A DNA stretch of 64,000 nucleotides from an uncultured delta proteobacterium (GTDB lineage Bacteria; Desulfobacterota; Binatia; Binatales; Binataceae), in the NCBI GenBank assembly GCA_963808235.1, contig CAWEEQ010000004.1:128001-192000 (forward strand). Direction: 5' to 3'. Positions within the stretch are counted from its first letter, which is position 1; every line of letters starts with the position of its first letter. Of the stretch, positions 47,718-57,969 are shown piece by piece. The notes beneath the pieces are model-generated. The model was not told the DNA's origin, searched no databases, and saw only the letters and a program-made list of their open reading frames with translations. Both the position numbers and the translations under genes were made by a program.

Positions 47718-50205
47718 GTGTCGGTGCCCTTGCGCAAGACTCGGGGATTGCTGCCGCTTGGCACTTTAGCTTCTTTTGTCCTCCTCGCTATCGCGATGGC
47801 GATCGCGGGAACGCCGGGATCCGCCGGCGATACTACCGCCGATTTCGAACTCGGCCAGTTCGACTTCACGCACGGCGTCCCGCAATTCATCACCGCAAAA
47901 TCGCTGGACTTCGGCGCTGGCGGACACATCGCGATCGACCCCAACTCGAATCCGAATCATCTCTACGTTGCGGACGCCGCAAATAACCGAATCCTCGCCT
48001 GGGACAACGCTGTGTCGTTCATTAACGGGCAGACTGCCGATCTGATTATCGGCCAGCCCGACCAGTATTCGAGAGGCGCGAATCAAACCAGCACCGTCGT
48101 CTGCGCGCCCGGCGATTGCGGCACTGCCACCCTCGCGACGCTGGCGGCGCCCACTTGGATTGCGGTCGATTCGAACGGAAAGCTCTGGGTAAGCGATTCG
48201 AACAATCTGCGAGTGCTCGAGTATTCCGATCCATTCACGCAGACCCCGCCGGTCGTTGCGTCCAACGCTTATCCCTTCAGCACCACTGACTGCGGCACCA
48301 ACGGGCCGGGAGCATTGGCCTTCGACGCCGGCGATAACCTCTATCTCGGCACCTCCAATGGGCTGGTCGAGGAATTCAACAACTCCGGATTCAGCGGTCT
48401 GAGCGCGGCCAATCGCACTTTCGGCACAGCACTCGCCTGTAATAATGGGTTGTTCTACACCTGCGTGACGGATGCGTCCCACCTGTGCAATGTCGGTGGC
48501 ATCGCGATCAGCAGCGGCGCCGATTATCAAATCTATGTTGCCGATGGCATCGCGAATCTCGCCGAGAACCGCGTGATGGTCTATGACGAGTCGGCTAGCC
48601 CGCCCAACAGCTCGACTGCGAGCTTCGTCATCGGGCAGCCGAACTTCACAACTGCGGGCACCACTGTTCCGCCCACCAACAAGTCGCTTAACAATCCGCG
48701 CGACGTAAAGCTCGACGGCAGCGGCAACGTCTTTGTCTCTGACACCAGCAACCATCGCGTGCTCGAATTTGCCGGCCCAATAACTGCGAATCAACCGGCC
48801 GCGGACAACGTGCTGGGCCAGCAAGGCAGTTTCACGACCGGCAGCTGCGACACCGGAACCGCCGTCGGGGACCAGATAGGCATTGGCCCCGACAGCCTCT
48901 GTAATCCGCTCGGCATGGCCTTTGATTCCTCGGACAACTTCTACCTGGCCGACGATCACAACGCCCGCGTTTTGCGCTTCGATCTCAGCTCGAGCCTTGA
49001 TGCGGTTGCGGAACTCGGTCAGACCGATCTGGTTCACGGCACCGAGGACTTCGTTAATCCTGCTTCGATGGCCGGTGAGGCCGGCCTCGATGACTCCACC
49101 GAGGTCGCGATCGATCGCAACTCCTCGCCCAACCATCTTTACGTGCTCGACGTGCAGAACAACCGCGTGCTCGGATGGCAGAACGCTGAGTCTTTCATCA
49201 ACGGCGCAACAGCCGACCACGTACTCGGACAGCCCGACTTTTACACCGTGGCGTGCAACTATGCCTCGTTGACCGGCGGAGGAGACTTCACCGGGAATTT
49301 CGACTTCGGAGGACAAGCTCCGAGTGCGACCACGCTCTGCACGGATGGTTCCTTCAATGAGGACGGGTTCGCGGTCGATCCGAGCGGCAACGTATGGGTC
49401 GCCGACGCTGGGAACACACGCGTGGTTCGATTCCCAAGTCCGTACAGCTCGGGCAAGACGGCGGGCGAGTCGGCCGACCTGGTGCTCGGATGGTCCGACT
49501 TTGTGAGCAATGGAGGCGGTCCTTACTTCGCCAGTGGACAGAGTCCGACGGACTTCAATTTCGATGAACCCGACGCGGTGGCGATCGACAGCATCGGCAG
49601 GGTCTACGTGTCCGACCAGAGTATCGGGCGCATCCTCAGGTTCGATCCGCCGTTCTCGGACGGCCAGGCGGCGGTTCAGGTGTTCAGTACCGGAGGCAGT
49701 TTTACGACATCCGGCTTCTGTAGCTCTGCGACCGCGGACACAATCTGCTTTCCCGATGGCATGGCGATCGACAAAAATGACAACCTCTGGGTAACCGACG
49801 ACGGCGCCAGCCGCGTGCTCGAATTCAACACCCCGGCCACCGTCAATGCCCTGTGCCACTGCGACTGCAACCGCAACGCCGACTGTGACTGCAACCGCCA
49901 CTGCGACGGCCACAGTTACTGCGACTCGGACGGCGACCGCAACACCGGCTGCGACAGCGACCGCCACCGCGACTCCGACCGCAACCGCAACATCGACGGC
50001 CACTGCCACGGCGACACGCACTGCCACTGCGACCGCTACCTCAACTCCAACCGCTACCTCGACCCCGGCCTGCACGCCGCCGACCTCGGTCAAACAGTGC
50101 CGAAACGGCGGATGGCAGCAATTCATTTGCGAGGGCTTCGCCAATCAGGGTCAATGCGTCAGCTTCGTCCGACGCCGCGCGCATCGGGCGCCGAGCCGCC
50201 GCTAG
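47718..50205 (+). CDS. Secreted NHL-repeat beta-propeller protein with Thr/Ala/Pro stalk; frameshift near 49850
   Basis: Repeated LYVAD..NNRVL and ADxVLGQPDF units; the true C-terminus (ATATATPT..PTSVKQCRNGGW..FANQGQCVSF) is in ORF 49846-50205. Confidence 0.85.
49856..50070 (+). repeat. Coding low-complexity (Thr-Ala)n repeat
   Basis: Degenerate GCNACN hexamer array. Confidence 0.8.
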
Positions 50206-50396
50206 ACGCGCGTCCATTCATCGCGATCGATATTCACACGCACTGCGGAGGCGTTCTGCTCTGCCTGCGCAGTGGAAGAACCCAATCGCTCGCTTCCGAC
50301 TTTTCTCACGGTTAACCGATTGTTGTTGCGCAGCAACCAATCGGCTTGTTATGTGCCGGCATTTGGAATAGTCCACGGAGCGGGGGATTCATCCAA

Positions 50397-50888
50397 ATGT
50401 CGAAAATTTCACTTTTAGTCAGCTTGCTGGCAGTTCTGTTCGCATCCGGGTGCGCAACACTCTTTCAAGGCACAAACGAAGAGATCATGGTTGCAAGCGA
50501 TCCGCCTGGTGCGCAGATTTCTATAAACGACGGGCGCCAAGGGACGACGCCATTCTCGATGCGTGTCAACCGCAATGACGATTTAGATATCCACGTCAGC
50601 AAAGCCGGGTACTCGTCTACCGATATTTCTGACACTTCGCATGTCGAGTGGGGCTATCTCGTCTCTGACATCTTTTTTACTGGTCTGATCGGACTCGCGG
50701 TCGATGGTATCGACGGCGCGATGTTCTATCACAATCAGGCAATGGTTTCGGCGCACCTTGATCCAGTTGCGCTTTCCCCTGCCCAATCGGACACAGCACA
50801 ACCACATGCCATTCTGAAGCCTGCGGTAGCCGCCGCCGTGAACCCTACAACGGCCGATCAGTGGGAGTCATCCGACAATCCGCAGTGA
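50397..50888 (+). CDS. PEGA domain lipoprotein
   Basis: ASGC lipobox, SDPPGAQISIN..GTTP, KAGY. Confidence 0.8.
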   Translation: MSKISLLVSLLAVLFASGCATLFQGTNEEIMVASDPPGAQISINDGRQGTTPFSMRVNRNDDLDIHVSKAGYSSTDISDTSHVEWGYLVSDIFFTGLIGLAVDGIDGAMFYHNQAMVSAHLDPVALSPAQSDTAQPHAILKPAVAAAVNPTTADQWESSDNPQ

Positions 50889-51140
50889 GTTGCTCTCGGC
50901 CTGAGCAGGTGGGGTGGTGCGCGAGTTCGCCGCCCGGCCACCAGCACTGTTGCTAATCGGGGCGGCGAGCGACTAGGTGCGATTCTGTGCCGCTGGTAAA
51001 CATAGCTACCGATTGACTGAATCTGATAAGCTCCGCCGACGTATCGATGTGATGTCGGTATTTTGTCAAAGTCAGCCAGGTGAACGCTCCTGAATCAGAG
51101 CATCGAATCAGCCCGACGCAGTTCATCCGCACTTGAAAGG

Positions 51141-51413
51141 GTGAGAATCGGCGCGAGGAATCTCGCCGTAGCGGCCGCGATATTCGTACTCGCAGCCAGC
51201 CTATCGGGATGCGCCTCGTCGGATTCCGACGAGAGCGTTGCGGCTGCCGGTCCATGCCAAAGCGTCGGCGACCAAGGTTGCGCAGCAAGTGACAATGCTC
51301 GCCAGATGCGCGACGCCGCGGCCTACCAGGACGAGCCGGAGTTGGGCTACGTCAAGTCGCCGCCCGGGATGCTTCCGATGCCGTTGACGTCGCGCAACTC
51401 GCCCCTTAATTAG
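51141..51413 (+). CDS. Small hypothetical lipoprotein
   Basis: Hydrophobic signal and LSGC lipobox. Confidence 0.55.
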   Translation: MRIGARNLAVAAAIFVLAASLSGCASSDSDESVAAAGPCQSVGDQGCAASDNARQMRDAAAYQDEPELGYVKSPPGMLPMPLTSRNSPLN

Positions 51414-51573
51414 ATTCGCCCTGGTCCCGGGTTTTAGACCAAATCCTCGAGAAACCCGAGTGGAGTCTCGCATCCCTGAACTTCCTATGGCGGTGCGATT
51501 AAGCATCACTTTCGTTATATGTTCGCCTGTCCATTGAATCGATTAAGTGCTTGAAATCATTAGTGTTTTTGGC

Positions 51574-51591
51574 TGTTTCATCGGTGCAACA
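51574..51591. promoter_or_regulatory. Candidate enhancer-binding-protein site upstream of the activator gene
   Basis: TGTTTCATCGGTGCAACA, an imperfect palindrome similar to 62087-62120; IHF-like TAAGTGCTTGAAA nearby (~51544). Confidence 0.4.
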
Positions 51592-51725
51592 TGCTGTTGA
51601 GCATCGACGAATCGGATTCGCATCGGATTTGCGCCGGCTCGTATTGACAAGGCCTACACCGAGGGCAAAAATGCTACGCTAAGCCGCGTTTGCCCCTTGG
51701 GAAATTCGGCCGCATAGAGAAAGGC

Positions 51726-53168
51726 GTGCAGAACAGCAACGAACAAAACAAGGGCCGCATCCTGATCGTTGACGATGAGTTTCACGTTGCCCGCGCGGCC
51801 GCGTCGGTCCTTTCACAGGCCGGTTACGAATGCGAGACATACCCGACCGTCGAGGCCGCCTTGTTGGCTCTCGACCTGAAGGGCGCAGACGTAATCGTCG
51901 CAGACATGAGGATGCCGGGGATGGATGGGATGGATCTGCTGAAAAAAGTGCACATCAAGGAACCTGATCTGGCCGTGGTGCTCACCGCGCCCGGGCCGTC
52001 GGCCGAGTCGGCCAAGGCGGCAATACGGGGCGGTGCGTTCGACTACGTGACCAAGCCCTTCGACACGGACGAGCTCAACGCGGTCGTCAACCGCGCGGTC
52101 GAGATGAGCACGCTCCAGCGTGAGAACCGCAAGCTCCGCGAGCAGCTCGACGTGGCCAGCGTCGCCGCCGGCTTTATCGCCGAAGGGCCGCAGAGCCGTC
52201 AGCTGGTCGCGATGATCCGGCGGGTCGCTCCGGCGCGGACTACGGTCCTTATCGAAGGCGAGACCGGGACCGGCAAGGAGCTGGTCGCGCGGATGCTTCA
52301 TTACTGGAGCAATCGCGCCGACGGCCCGTTCATCGCAATCAATTGCAAGGCGTTCGCCGACGGAGTGGTCGAGAGCGAGCTGTTCGGCCATGAGAAGGGA
52401 TCGTTCACCGGAGCTATCCGGGAGCGTGCCGGATGCTTCGAGCGGGCGTCGGGCGGCACCTTGTTTCTCGACGAAATCGGAGAGGCGGGGCCGGACTTCC
52501 AGGCCAAGCTGCTGCGCGTGCTCGAGGATGGCGAGGTGCTTCGCGTGGGCGCGTCGAAAACGCGCAAGGTCGACGTCCGAATCGTCGCGGCGACGAACCG
52601 CAAGCTGCGCGGCGAAATTACGGGCGGACGCTTTCGCGCCGACCTGTATTTCCGGCTGAGCGTAATCCCGCTCCGAATCGCGCCCTTGCGCGAGCGCCGC
52701 GAGGACATCTTGCCGCTCGCGAATCACTTTCTCAGCTTTCACTCGACCGACGCGGGGCGTCCCCTGATGCTCTCGGTCGAAGCCGAAGAGGCGCTGATAA
52801 ACCATCCGTGGCCCGGCAACGTTCGCGAACTCGAGAACGTGATCGAGCGCGCGGTCGTGATGAGCGGGCAGGAGACGCTGACTCCGGAGGCATTTGCCTT
52901 CGAGGATGAAGGCGTGCACGACGAGCCTCACGCGGTAGGAGTCGCGCCGGCGCCGGCGGCGATGCCGACTGCTGCAGCGCCCAGCGCGCCCGCATCGGCG
53001 GCCACTGAAGAAGAAGAGGGCACCCTGCAAACTACCCTCGATCGCGCGGCGACGATCCGAATCAGAGCCGCGCTCGCGGCGGCCGGCGGCAATCGAATCG
53101 AAGCGGCGACGACGCTGGGCGTAGATCGCACCACGCTCTACCGCCTGATGAAACGTCTTAGTCTTTAG
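51726..53168 (+). CDS. Sigma-54-dependent response regulator (NtrC/AtoC family)
   Basis: Receiver ILIVDDE..DMRMPGMDG, GETGTGKE, ESELFGHEKGSFTGA, LFLDEIG, WPGNVRELEN, Fis-type HTH; start approximate. Confidence 0.95.
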   Translation: MQNSNEQNKGRILIVDDEFHVARAAASVLSQAGYECETYPTVEAALLALDLKGADVIVADMRMPGMDGMDLLKKVHIKEPDLAVVLTAPGPSAESAKAAIRGGAFDYVTKPFDTDELNAVVNRAVEMSTLQRENRKLREQLDVASVAAGFIAEGPQSRQLVAMIRRVAPARTTVLIEGETGTGKELVARMLHYWSNRADGPFIAINCKAFADGVVESELFGHEKGSFTGAIRERAGCFERASGGTLFLDEIGEAGPDFQAKLLRVLEDGEVLRVGASKTRKVDVRIVAATNRKLRGEITGGRFRADLYFRLSVIPLRIAPLRERREDILPLANHFLSFHSTDAGRPLMLSVEAEEALINHPWPGNVRELENVIERAVVMSGQETLTPEAFAFEDEGVHDEPHAVGVAPAPAAMPTAAAPSAPASAATEEEEGTLQTTLDRAATIRIRAALAAAGGNRIEAATTLGVDRTTLYRLMKRLSL

Positions 53169-53217
53169 CAGTACCGCGCGGCGGCTCCCGGAGCCGTCGC
53201 GACAACTCAATCTCAAA

Positions 53218-53252
53218 GCGGGCGCGGACCAAATCCGCGCCCGTTCTCTTTT
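53218..53252 (+). terminator. Rho-independent terminator between the regulator and tadC
   Basis: GCGGGCGCGGA-ccaaa-TCCGCGCCCGT followed by TCTCTTTT. Confidence 0.65.
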
Positions 53253-53375
53253 GGTCGGTAAAAACTAACAGGCCCCGGACCGGCGCGTTGTGCACGCGCC
53301 AAGTCCGAGGCCCCCTGGGAGAGGCTGAATTAAAGGTGCCTTCCGATCGGGAAATCCGCGCCCGACTTCAGGCCA

Positions 53376-54317
53376 TCAACCTCCGGAGCCCTGAAGAGTC
53401 CGGAGAACCGAAATCATTGCCGGTCCCACAATCACCGCGATCATCGCGGGCAGAACGAAAACAACCAGCGGGAACAGAATCTTGATCGACGCCTTCTGCG
53501 CCAATTCCTCGGCGCGGAGCCGGCGGCGGGTCCGCAACGCGTCGGAGCTGGAGCGAAGGGCCGGCGCGATCTGCGCGCCGAGTTGCTCGCTCTGGATGAG
53601 GGTCGCGGCCAGCGGCTTGATATCATCGACCGCGGTCCTTTCCGCGAGCCCGCGCAGCGCTTGTCCGAGGGTTGCGCCGGAGGAAATATCGGCCGTCACC
53701 AGGCTGAGTTCGGTGCCGATTTCCTGTCCATGCCGCTCGCATTCGGTGCCCACGATTCGAATTGCCTCGAAGAGTCCAAGGCCCGCCTCGACGCATACCA
53801 CCAGCAGGTCGAGCACGTCGGATAGTTGTCGCGAGATGTGGTTCTGACGAGTTCGCGCGCGCCGTCCGAGGATCCAGCTGGGCACGAATATTCCGAGCGC
53901 GACCCCAGCCATCGCAAAGAGCAGAGGCTGCGAGGCGCTGTTATGCAAAATCGCACCGACCATGAGTCCCAATACTCCGCCGCCAATCGCCAGGAGCACG
54001 CGAATGACCTGGTAAGTCTGCGCGGCGCTCGACTTCAGATAACCTGCCTGCTGCAGGGTCTGCGCGAGTTTCTCGCCGGTCGGGGTATCCATGTTGGGCG
54101 CAGGGACCTTCGTCGAAGCCCATCGGAAGAGCATCCGGCCCAGGTTTTCGTCTTCCAGATCGCTGTCCAGCGCGCCTTGCGCTACCCGGATTTTGACCGC
54201 GAGGTCGGCGAATCGTTCTTCGACTACGCGACCGCCCGGTGCGATCGCGTAGTAGAGCAGGACCCCCGCCGCACCAGCCAGAACAAAGACCACAATGCCA
54301 ATCAAAAATGGGCTCAT
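53376..54317 (-). CDS. tadC: Tad pilus inner-membrane platform protein TadC
   Basis: LDLLVVCVEAGLGL, LIQSEQLGA, KILFPLVVFVLP. Confidence 0.9.
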   Translation of the reverse strand: MSPFLIGIVVFVLAGAAGVLLYYAIAPGGRVVEERFADLAVKIRVAQGALDSDLEDENLGRMLFRWASTKVPAPNMDTPTGEKLAQTLQQAGYLKSSAAQTYQVIRVLLAIGGGVLGLMVGAILHNSASQPLLFAMAGVALGIFVPSWILGRRARTRQNHISRQLSDVLDLLVVCVEAGLGLFEAIRIVGTECERHGQEIGTELSLVTADISSGATLGQALRGLAERTAVDDIKPLAATLIQSEQLGAQIAPALRSSSDALRTRRRLRAEELAQKASIKILFPLVVFVLPAMIAVIVGPAMISVLRTLQGSGG

Positions 54318-54318
54318 A

Positions 54319-55266
54319 TTAGTATTCCACTCTCAGTAGTCGTCTGATGGTCAGGATGGCCAGCAGATCGGATCCGAGCGCGTATTTCAGGATCTTCTGA
54401 CCAGTCGGATCGTAAAACAACTGGTCCGTGTAGCCCGGCTGAATGATGCTGAACACGCAGAGCACCACCAGCGGCAGAACGCCCACGACGATTCCGCCCA
54501 ACCGTGCTTGCGCGGTAAGGGCCCTTATCTGCAGCCGCAAGCGCTGCCTGATGCGCACGATTTCGGAGAGCCTGCCGACGATCTGCGCGAGGCTCGATCC
54601 GACCTCGGTCTGCACCCGCACCGCGAGCACCAGGAGGCGCAGATCGTCCTCGGGTACGCGCTTCAGCATGTCTTCGAGCGCGCGCGGCAGCGGCAGTCCA
54701 ATCCGGTTTTGCTCGAGCACGGTGCGGAATTCGCCGCCGAGCGGATCGGCAAATTCGGAGACCACGACCTGCAACGCACGCTGCAGCGAGTGTCCGGCCT
54801 CGAGCGACGATTTGATCAGGTCGAGCGCGAAGGGCAACTGGGTTCCAAAGGCCTTCAGGCGCCGCTTCTTGCGGAACTGGATGAACAGAATCGGCAGGGA
54901 AGACAGCGCCAGCGCGATGCCGGTTGCGAACAGCATGTTGTGCAGGACGAGATTGCCGCCGAACACTCCGACGCCGAACAGCACCACCATGATCAGCAGG
55001 ATGTCGGCGACGCCCATGTACAATCCCGCCTGCCACATCATCTCTTCGAGCTTGCGGAGCAGGTTAACGTTGTAGAGGACGGCGAGGAACGTTCCCTGAT
55101 CGGGACGCCGCTTGCGCATCACGTCGATGGTCAATTCCGGTTCGGGGCGAGTGAGCCGCCGAGCCACTTCACGCTGTTGTTCGCCTTCGGTTCCGCGGCC
55201 GCTGAAGAATAACAGCACGGCCACGAAGACGATGGCGAATATGGTGCTTGCCAATACGAAGTCCAT
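54319..55266 (-). CDS. tadB: Tad pilus platform protein TadB
   Basis: QLPFALDL..LEAGHSL, IRALTAQARL. Confidence 0.9.
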   Translation of the reverse strand: MDFVLASTIFAIVFVAVLLFFSGRGTEGEQQREVARRLTRPEPELTIDVMRKRRPDQGTFLAVLYNVNLLRKLEEMMWQAGLYMGVADILLIMVVLFGVGVFGGNLVLHNMLFATGIALALSSLPILFIQFRKKRRLKAFGTQLPFALDLIKSSLEAGHSLQRALQVVVSEFADPLGGEFRTVLEQNRIGLPLPRALEDMLKRVPEDDLRLLVLAVRVQTEVGSSLAQIVGRLSEIVRIRQRLRLQIRALTAQARLGGIVVGVLPLVVLCVFSIIQPGYTDQLFYDPTGQKILKYALGSDLLAILTIRRLLRVEY

Positions 55267-55271
55267 ATTAT

Positions 55272-56642
55272 TTAGCCGATATTGTTGCGGAAAATTTTTG
55301 ATTCCAGTTTGTAGCCGGCCGTCTCGAGGCGCTGCGAATACGTCGAGCGGATTCCGGTCGCGACAAACTGCCCGATCACCTCACCACCAGGACCGATACC
55401 CGTGCGCTTAAATTCGAACAGATCCTGCATCATCACCATCTCACCCTCCATGCCGCTGATCTCGGAAATCCGCAGGACTTTGCGCGTGCCGTCGGAGAGG
55501 CGCGAGACGTGAACGATGATGTTCAGCGCCGACGCGATCTGCTGGCGCATCGCGCGTTGCGGAATCGACACGCCCGACAGCAGCATCATCATCTCGAGAC
55601 GTCCCAAGCTGTCGCGCGGAGTATTGGCGTGGATGGTGGCGATGGAGCCGTCATGACCGGTCGACATCGCCTGCAACATGTCGAAGACTTCACCGCCGCG
55701 GACTTCGCCGACGATTATGCGGTCGGGGCGCATACGCAGCGTGTTCCTGACCAGATCGCGCTGGCTCACTTCGCCCTTGCCTTCGACGTTGGAGGGGCGC
55801 GTCTCGAGCCTGACCACGTGCGGCTGCTGAAGCATCAATTCGGCGGAGTCTTCGATCGTCACGATTCGCTCGTCGGCCGGGATGAACAGCGACAAGCAGT
55901 TGAGCATGGTGGTTTTGCCTGAGCCGGTACCACCGCAAACCAGGATGTTCAGGCGCGCGCGCACGATGGTGCGCAGGAATTCCACAATCTCCGGGACCAG
56001 GGTTTTCTTTTCGACCAGGTCGTCGATGTTGTAGCGCTTGCGTCCGAAACGACGAATCGAGAGCGAGGGTCCATCGAGCGCCAGCGGCGGTATGATCGCG
56101 TTGATACGAGAACCGTCGGGCAGGCGCGCATCGACCATCGGCGACGCTTCGTCGACCCGGCGGCCGACCTGCGACACGATTCGATCGATGATCAGCATGA
56201 GATGTTGATCGTCCTGGAACTTGACGTCGGTGGCGTGAAGTTTGCCGCGCTTTTCGACGTAAATCTGGCTGTGCCCGTTGACCAGGATGTCGGTTATCTC
56301 ATCGTCCCAAAGGAGCGGCTCCAGCGGACCAAGTCCGAGCAACTCGTTCTTGATCTCCTCAATGAGATGATACTTGTCGGTGTCGGTAAGCAGGCGGCCT
56401 TCATCTTCGAGGATCGCGCTTATCGCTTCGGTGACTTTCTGGGAGGCAAGCGCGGGCTCGAGGCTTTCCAGGCGCGTCACGTCGAGCGTTTCGAACAAGC
56501 GGTTGTGGACGGCGAGCTTGAGCTGCTGGAAGCCCTCGGCCTGCGAGTCTTTGACTTTCTTCTGCGCGCCGCCGATCAGCGAGCGCTGAAAGGGCACCGC
56601 CGGAGAATTGTTCTGCTGGGAAATTCTCTCAACCAACTTCAT
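55272..56642 (-). CDS. cpaF: Tad pilus assembly ATPase TadA/CpaF
   Basis: [43 protein letters not shown]. Confidence 0.95.
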   Translation of the reverse strand: MKLVERISQQNNSPAVPFQRSLIGGAQKKVKDSQAEGFQQLKLAVHNRLFETLDVTRLESLEPALASQKVTEAISAILEDEGRLLTDTDKYHLIEEIKNELLGLGPLEPLLWDDEITDILVNGHSQIYVEKRGKLHATDVKFQDDQHLMLIIDRIVSQVGRRVDEASPMVDARLPDGSRINAIIPPLALDGPSLSIRRFGRKRYNIDDLVEKKTLVPEIVEFLRTIVRARLNILVCGGTGSGKTTMLNCLSLFIPADERIVTIEDSAELMLQQPHVVRLETRPSNVEGKGEVSQRDLVRNTLRMRPDRIIVGEVRGGEVFDMLQAMSTGHDGSIATIHANTPRDSLGRLEMMMLLSGVSIPQRAMRQQIASALNIIVHVSRLSDGTRKVLRISEISGMEGEMVMMQDLFEFKRTGIGPGGEVIGQFVATGIRSTYSQRLETAGYKLESKIFRNNIG

Positions 56643-56651
56643 TGAGGTACC

Positions 56652-57896
56652 TCAGGTGCGCGCACCGATTACATTGAGCAAGCGTGAGACTATTGAATTT
56701 GCGGGATCGTCGGACGGGGCGGTGTCTGCGCCAACTTCGATCCGCCGTGCGAGATCCTCGACGCTTTTCGCCAGCGGCGAGTTAGGCGCCACCTGCCACA
56801 GATCCTGCGCGCTCAGCTGAACCCGCTCGAGGATTTTTTCGTCGCGCGGAATCCGGGTGTGAATCGGCTTGGCCAGGGTATGGCTCAACTGCTCTTCGCT
56901 GATTGGATGTCCGGACACGTAGCGGCTCAAGATAAAATCGGGCTCGACGCCCTGCAATCCCAGCCGCCCGCACAGATCGACAAATCGCCACGCGCATCGC
57001 GCCGCTCCGATCGACTGGTCGATCACGTAGAACAAATGATTCGAGCGCTCCCACGCGGCGACCGTGTTGGCGTCCACATGGGTGCCGCAATCGACAATTA
57101 CGAAATCGAACAACTGCCGCATCAGATCGATAATCGCGCCGACCATCTCGTCGGTAACCAGCTCGCTGTCCTCGATTCGCTTGGGCGCCGCGAGCATATA
57201 GACTCCCGACGCATGCTTGCTCAGCGCCGACTCGAGTTGGATCGAATCGAGTTTGCGGGTGCCCTCCACCAGCGCCATGATCGTGCGCTCGGGCTCGAGG
57301 TTCAAAAACACGGAGAGACCGCCGGTCTGCAGATCGAGATCCACTACCGCGACCCGCTTGTCGAAGGCGTAACGCAGCGCCAGCGCCAGGTTGGCGGCGA
57401 GGCTGGTCACCCCGGTACCGCCGATCAGACTGACCAGCGATATGACTGCGCCGGTACCGTGAACTACCTCTCGGCGGCGGTTCTCGCTGATCTTCAGCAA
57501 TGCGCGCGTCGCGTCGCCGGAGTCGAGCGGCAGGAACAGTAGCTCGTCGGCGCCGGCGCGCAGCACCCGCTTCATCAACTCAGGCGAACGATCGTGCAGA
57601 AGTGCGAACAGAGCAGGGCGGGGAACGGTCCCCGATTGTGCATTCAAGAAACTCAGTGACAGTTCGTCGTTGCCGTTGAACACCACCATGATGACGTCGG
57701 CGGTCGAACCGGCGGGCGAATCGACAGACGGAGCGAGTTCCTCGATGTCCAGCGCTGGGTCACCCAGGGCGGCGAGGGCATCTCGAACTTCAGCCCGATG
57801 CTCCTCGCCTTCACCAACTAATTGTACTTTCAGTGCATCCGGATGCCCGTTACTTTTTTTACCTAGCGCTGACACTCCACACTCTCCCTGGTCCAA
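56652..57896 (-). CDS. cpaE: Pilus localisation protein CpaE/TadZ
   Basis: Atypical receiver (RAGADELL) plus MinD-like ATPase with deviant Walker A (GGTGVTS), VDLDLQ. Confidence 0.85.
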   Translation of the reverse strand: MDQGECGVSALGKKSNGHPDALKVQLVGEGEEHRAEVRDALAALGDPALDIEELAPSVDSPAGSTADVIMVVFNGNDELSLSFLNAQSGTVPRPALFALLHDRSPELMKRVLRAGADELLFLPLDSGDATRALLKISENRRREVVHGTGAVISLVSLIGGTGVTSLAANLALALRYAFDKRVAVVDLDLQTGGLSVFLNLEPERTIMALVEGTRKLDSIQLESALSKHASGVYMLAAPKRIEDSELVTDEMVGAIIDLMRQLFDFVIVDCGTHVDANTVAAWERSNHLFYVIDQSIGAARCAWRFVDLCGRLGLQGVEPDFILSRYVSGHPISEEQLSHTLAKPIHTRIPRDEKILERVQLSAQDLWQVAPNSPLAKSVEDLARRIEVGADTAPSDDPANSIVSRLLNVIGART

Positions 57897-57969
57897 CTAC
57901 ACTCGCTCTGGTCCAACTACGCAGCGTTATATCATGCACGTTTTCCTCAGGTATGTCTCTATGTCCCGA

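Noticed and set aside
47766-50144. 792 aa minus-strand ORF with VAVAVA repeats
   Set aside because: Antisense of the NHL-repeat gene; the VA repeat mirrors the TA stalk.
49850-50315. Cys/His/Asp-rich C-terminus (CHCDCNRNADCDC..) suggesting a metal-binding domain
   Set aside because: Out-of-frame reading of the (Thr-Ala)n repeat after an indel.
57390-57440. CpaE Walker A lacking the catalytic Lys
   Set aside because: A deviant Walker A is normal for CpaE/TadZ.
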